The position numbers and the translations under genes are program-made. A stretch of 64,000 nt of DNA from Obrimoposthia wandeli (lineage: Eukaryota). Shown one piece after another: positions 59,961 through 64,000 of this stretch. The stretch is from assembly GCA_977020255.1 (NCBI GenBank), contig CDROCS010001054.1:496001-560000 (forward strand), in the 5' to 3' direction. Below the pieces are notes generated by a model that was not told where the DNA came from, did no database searches, and saw nothing but the letters and a program-made list of their open reading frames with translations. Position 1 is the stretch's first letter. The number at the start of each line of letters is the position of its first letter.

Positions 59961-60869
59961 AAGCCAAACACTAACATGATTAAATTAATACAAATTATTA
60001 AGGTTAGAAATTACATAAATTTGATGAAAAACAATACAGTTTCATCTCATAACTAATCATATCCTCTTCTTCAAACAATTCATGGTCATAAAAACTTATT
60101 CTGGAAACTTTGTATTTATAAACCTTATTTCTAAAAATCACATAAAACTTCATACAAAATAAATAAATAAATACCTAGAAATCACATAAAACTTCATCGT
60201 ATCGAGCCTCTCTCAGTCTCTTATATACATGAGGCTCCCTAACTTCAGTCTATACAAATGACAGTATACTACTGCCAAGCCAAATATCAATCCAATACTT
60301 TTTATAGCCCGTAATAGCTTAAAACTACTTTATATAAAACGTTTTCTCCAGATACTCACTCAGAATTAATAATGCAAAAAAGACAAAGGAGAATCGGCAT
60401 GATATGGAAAAGGTATGAAGAAAAGCTATAAATCATTAGACACATAGCACCAAAGAAAATATTATAGAAAGACGAAGAAATCATAACTATATTCGACTTA
60501 ACGCAACAAACGTATGTGGCAAAGAAATGATTTTTAAAAAGCATCAATAAACAAATTTCTGTGCGAACTTGAAGTAACATTTTTTTAATGCAAAACGTCA
60601 TGAGAACTCGAATGCATTTACAACTGAGAAAGTGATCGTGTATTTCACACTAGCACCAAATAAAGTCCAATGGCACAACTAAGATGGCATGGATATATGA
60701 ATAGTAAACCAGTGTAATAAAGAACCAGCTGGTGGTCATATAAGATTAAGACAATAATACCATTATGTGATAATTGTTCTACGTAATACATACAGGAAGA
60801 AAGGCCTAATCAGGATCCACCAGACTGAAAGAAAACTCAAAAGGTATTATGTTAAATGAATACTAAGTA

Positions 60870-62096
60870 TTAGGTTGTTGTATATGAAATTGCCGATATT
60901 ATTTATCAATTATTTGATACATTAAAATCATACAATTTAATAATTTTCATTTACGTTTAATATATTATTTTAAAGCCTTGAAATTGTTTTATCGTATCAA
61001 GGTAAAAATTAATTTGTTAAGGTTCTAAACTAATTTATTTTTAATAATATTTAGATCATGCCAAACCGTCATTTAAAAAATAATTTTCTTATATGAATTT
61101 AAACTCGGACATAATGCATCTGAAGCATATGGCATTTAGTAAAGGTGCAGCTAGTCATAGTACCATTACGTTCTGGTACGAAAAAATTCGTTCCGGAGAT
61201 CTGAGATTGGAAAATTATTCCCGAGGTCAACCTCATGTTGATGTAGATAATAATTAACTTAAAGATTGTGTTGAACAAAATACCCGCGTTACGCTTCGAG
61301 AACTCACTGACGAATTCATTGTTGACCCTAATACAATTTATATGCATTTTGTATAGGTCAAAAAGCTTTATAAACTGGGTATCAAAGGTATATTGAATGA
61401 AATGCAAAAATATATAAAGATTAAAAACTTGTCTTTCTCATAATACAAGAAACAAAATCAACCCAGTTCTTAAGCGAATCCTAACGTGTGACGAATAATG
61501 GATTATATATGATAATAGACGCAGATCTTTACAATGGTTGGATAAAGATGAGAAGCCTAATCTCATGGGCAAACCTACCATCCACCAAAAGAAGATAATG
61601 TTGACCGTTTGGTGGAATACAAGAATAGTAATTTATTATAGCTTTCTGAAAACTGGTGAAACAATTATAGCTGAAAGTTACAGTTGTCAAATTGAAACTA
61701 TGCATCATAAATAATACGAAGTTGAAAAAGCATTAATTGATCACAGGCAACCAATTTTGTTGCATAACAACGCCAGGTCCGATATTGCTAAATTGACGAT
61801 TAAGAAGCTTAATGAATCGGGATATGAAATTCGTTAATATCCAATTTATTCTCCTTTATCCTACATATTATCATTTTTAAAGCACTAGTGATTTTCTAAA
61901 GGATATGCGTTACTCAAATCAATATGATCTAGAAAAGGACTTCGAAGTTTGCATCCAATCTCAAAATGTCAATTTTTTAAACTGAAATAAACAAACTTTA
62001 TATATGTTGGAAAAATGAATAGCTTGAGATGGTGACTATTTTGATTAATAAATTGTGTTATTTGGAAATAAATAATTTTCGTATGCTGCAACCTTA
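60870..62096 (+). mobile_element. Mariner transposon (~1.23 kb), decayed
   Basis: TA-flanked imperfect TIRs TTAGGTTG... / ...CAACCTTA. Transposase relic ~61058-62047 with YEFKLGHNA, TCDE*WIIYDN, HNNARS and YPIYSP. Confidence 0.9.
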
Positions 62097-62188
62097 TATT
62101 TTTATGGGAAACAATGCAAACTATTAATATATATTTATCACATGGACAAAAAATCTGGACTTGTATCGACAATACTTATATTTTACAG

Positions 62189-64000
62189 CAGGGGTAGCCA
62201 ACCCGAGGCCCGCGAGATAAATTGTGTAAGTAGTATTTAAGCTATTGAACTGTGAGCAAAATTGTCACGCAGAGTAAGTAGCGTTTGCTCTTGAGTGACT
62301 AGTGATGAATATGGAGATGCTTCACATAAAATCACGTAATAATATTTTTATCTCTAAATTTAAAGAATATTAATTTTATTATATTTTTATATATATTAAA
62401 CAAAGCTTGTACACATAAAAATATTTAACTTCCCTATCAATTTATAATAGTAAATATTAATAAATTAAATTTAACTACCAAAAAATATTTATGAAGTTTC
62501 AAACTTACTCGTGTTTTAAAATTCAACTTCAAAATATTCAATATTCAAAAAATAAGTATGAAGAAAAGGAGAATTTCAGAGGAAAATAGACAATTCATCG
62601 ATCGTTGGGAAGAAGATTACTTTTTCATAATGCAGAACTCCAAACTGACATGTCTAATTTGCAGAGAGAATGTAGCAGTTTTGAAAGAGTACAATGTAAA
62701 AAGACATCATGAAACAAAACATGGCGAATACAAGAAATTTAGTAAAGAATTGAAAATAACGAAACTGGTAGCGTTTAAATCAGAACTGAAATATCAACAA
62801 AAAAATCTTTAATTCATCGTTACAACGGCCATCTGTTATTGTTAAATCCAGTTATTCTGTTGCATCGATAATTGCCAGGAAAATGAAACCATTTTCAGAC
62901 GGAGAATTTGTAAAAGAGTGTTTGGATGCTGTGATAAAAGATGTTTTACCTGATAAAAGTAGAATGTTTTCAAACATCAGCTTGTCACGTCAAACTATAT
63001 GTCGCCGAATCAATGACATTTCAAATGAAATACTGATGACTTTGCGTGATCAGATAAAAGATTTTAAAAATTATTCTATGGAATTTGACAAAAGAATAGA
63101 TTTATCAGACACGTCTCAACTTGTAATATTTATTCGTGGAATTACCGAATCTTTTCAAGTAAAACTAGAAATGCTTAATCTTATCAGTTTGAAAGGTACT
63201 ACAAAAGGCGAAAATATTTTTCAAGTTGTTAAGAAATGTTTATCTGACAATGGACTGGATTTAGAGAACCTTTCTGGATTGACAATAGATGGAGCGCCGG
63301 CTATGATTGGAAGAAATAAAGGGGCTGTAAGGCTGATAATGGATGAGATGGAGTCGAGAAATATAAAAAAACGATATATTTTTAATACACTGCTTGATAC
63401 ATCAACAGAACTTGATACATCAAGCGTTGTCCATTAACCATGTTATGAGTGGTAGTAAAAACGGTAAACCTCATTCGATCGCATGCACTCAAACATCGCC
63501 AGGTAAAAGAATATTTGAACGAATTATGTTCTCACTATGGTGACCTTGTGTATTTCACCAATGTTAGATGGTTGAGTCGCGGAAAATGCTTAAAACGATT
63601 TTTTGAGTTAAGAGAAGAAATTAAAAATTTTATGATGGAAAAGGAAATGCCATTAACTGTACTAAATGATGAAGAATGGTTGCTGGACCTATGCTTTTTG
63701 GTAGATGTAACCGAATTAGTTAACCAATTGAACAAACAGTTACAAGGACAGAATAACTTAATTACTGATGCATGTCATCAAATCATTTCAAATGAAATTG
63801 TTATTGTTTGAACGCCAATTAAGAAATAGCAATGATCAACATTTTCCAACGTTAAGCCAATTTAAAACCAGTTCTAAAAATTTCTTGAAGTATGCTGACG
63901 AAATAAAAAATCTTACTGCAGCATTTGACAGCCGTTTTTCTGAACTAAAAAATTATGATAAAGTGTTTGAGACATTTTTTTCCCCATTTCATGTTGATGT
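62189..64000 (+). mobile_element. hAT Buster-type (SPIN/GTF2IRD2-like) transposon, truncated by the window end
   Basis: Starts CAGGGGTAGCCAAC after TTTTACAG (central TA). Frameshifted transposase from 62558: BED-like CLICRE...KRHHETKH, TIDGAPAMIG and VRWLSRG. Confidence 0.9.

Noticed and set aside
1-64000. Host species assignment; rRNA or tRNA genes
   Set aside because: Composition and short introns fit several invertebrate lineages and are not diagnostic. No RNA-gene structure was recognised.

Overview
AT-rich eukaryotic (metazoan, probably invertebrate) genomic DNA. The species cannot be determined from this window. It is dominated by a nested cluster of Polinton/Maverick (adintovirus-like) elements. 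Copy A (157-15351) is near full length, with ~95-bp TIRs starting AGTAG and a 6-bp TSD (TCTGTA). It sits inside the pPolB gene of an older, oppositely oriented relative (copy B). Further pieces are a deletion derivative D (18215-~20815), a divergent 5-kb element X with different TIRs (28563-33565), a related-family right arm (33566-36236) and relic C (~52990-57857). Copy A carries pPolB, adenain-like protease, major and minor capsid, chromodomain integrase, PW-like protein and packaging ATPase; several of these are disrupted. Manual splicing shows nine tiny AT-rich introns. It also reveals a two-repeat TATA-binding-protein (TBP)-like gene, a spliced disordered acidic regulator-like gene, a spliced Zn-finger/acidic-Trp-repeat extension on pPolB, and a paralog pair that may be ssDNA-binding proteins. 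Host genes are an intact 4-exon CHMP4/Snf7 gene (40485-49638, minus), whose intron 3 holds a hAT element with a nested piggyBac, and a TPMT-like exon. Other TEs are a hAT MITE, a Buster-type hAT, a mariner, a maT-like relic, Gypsy relics and tandem arrays. No rRNA, tRNA or CRISPR array was seen. All protein assignments are by-eye motif recognition; no searches were run.
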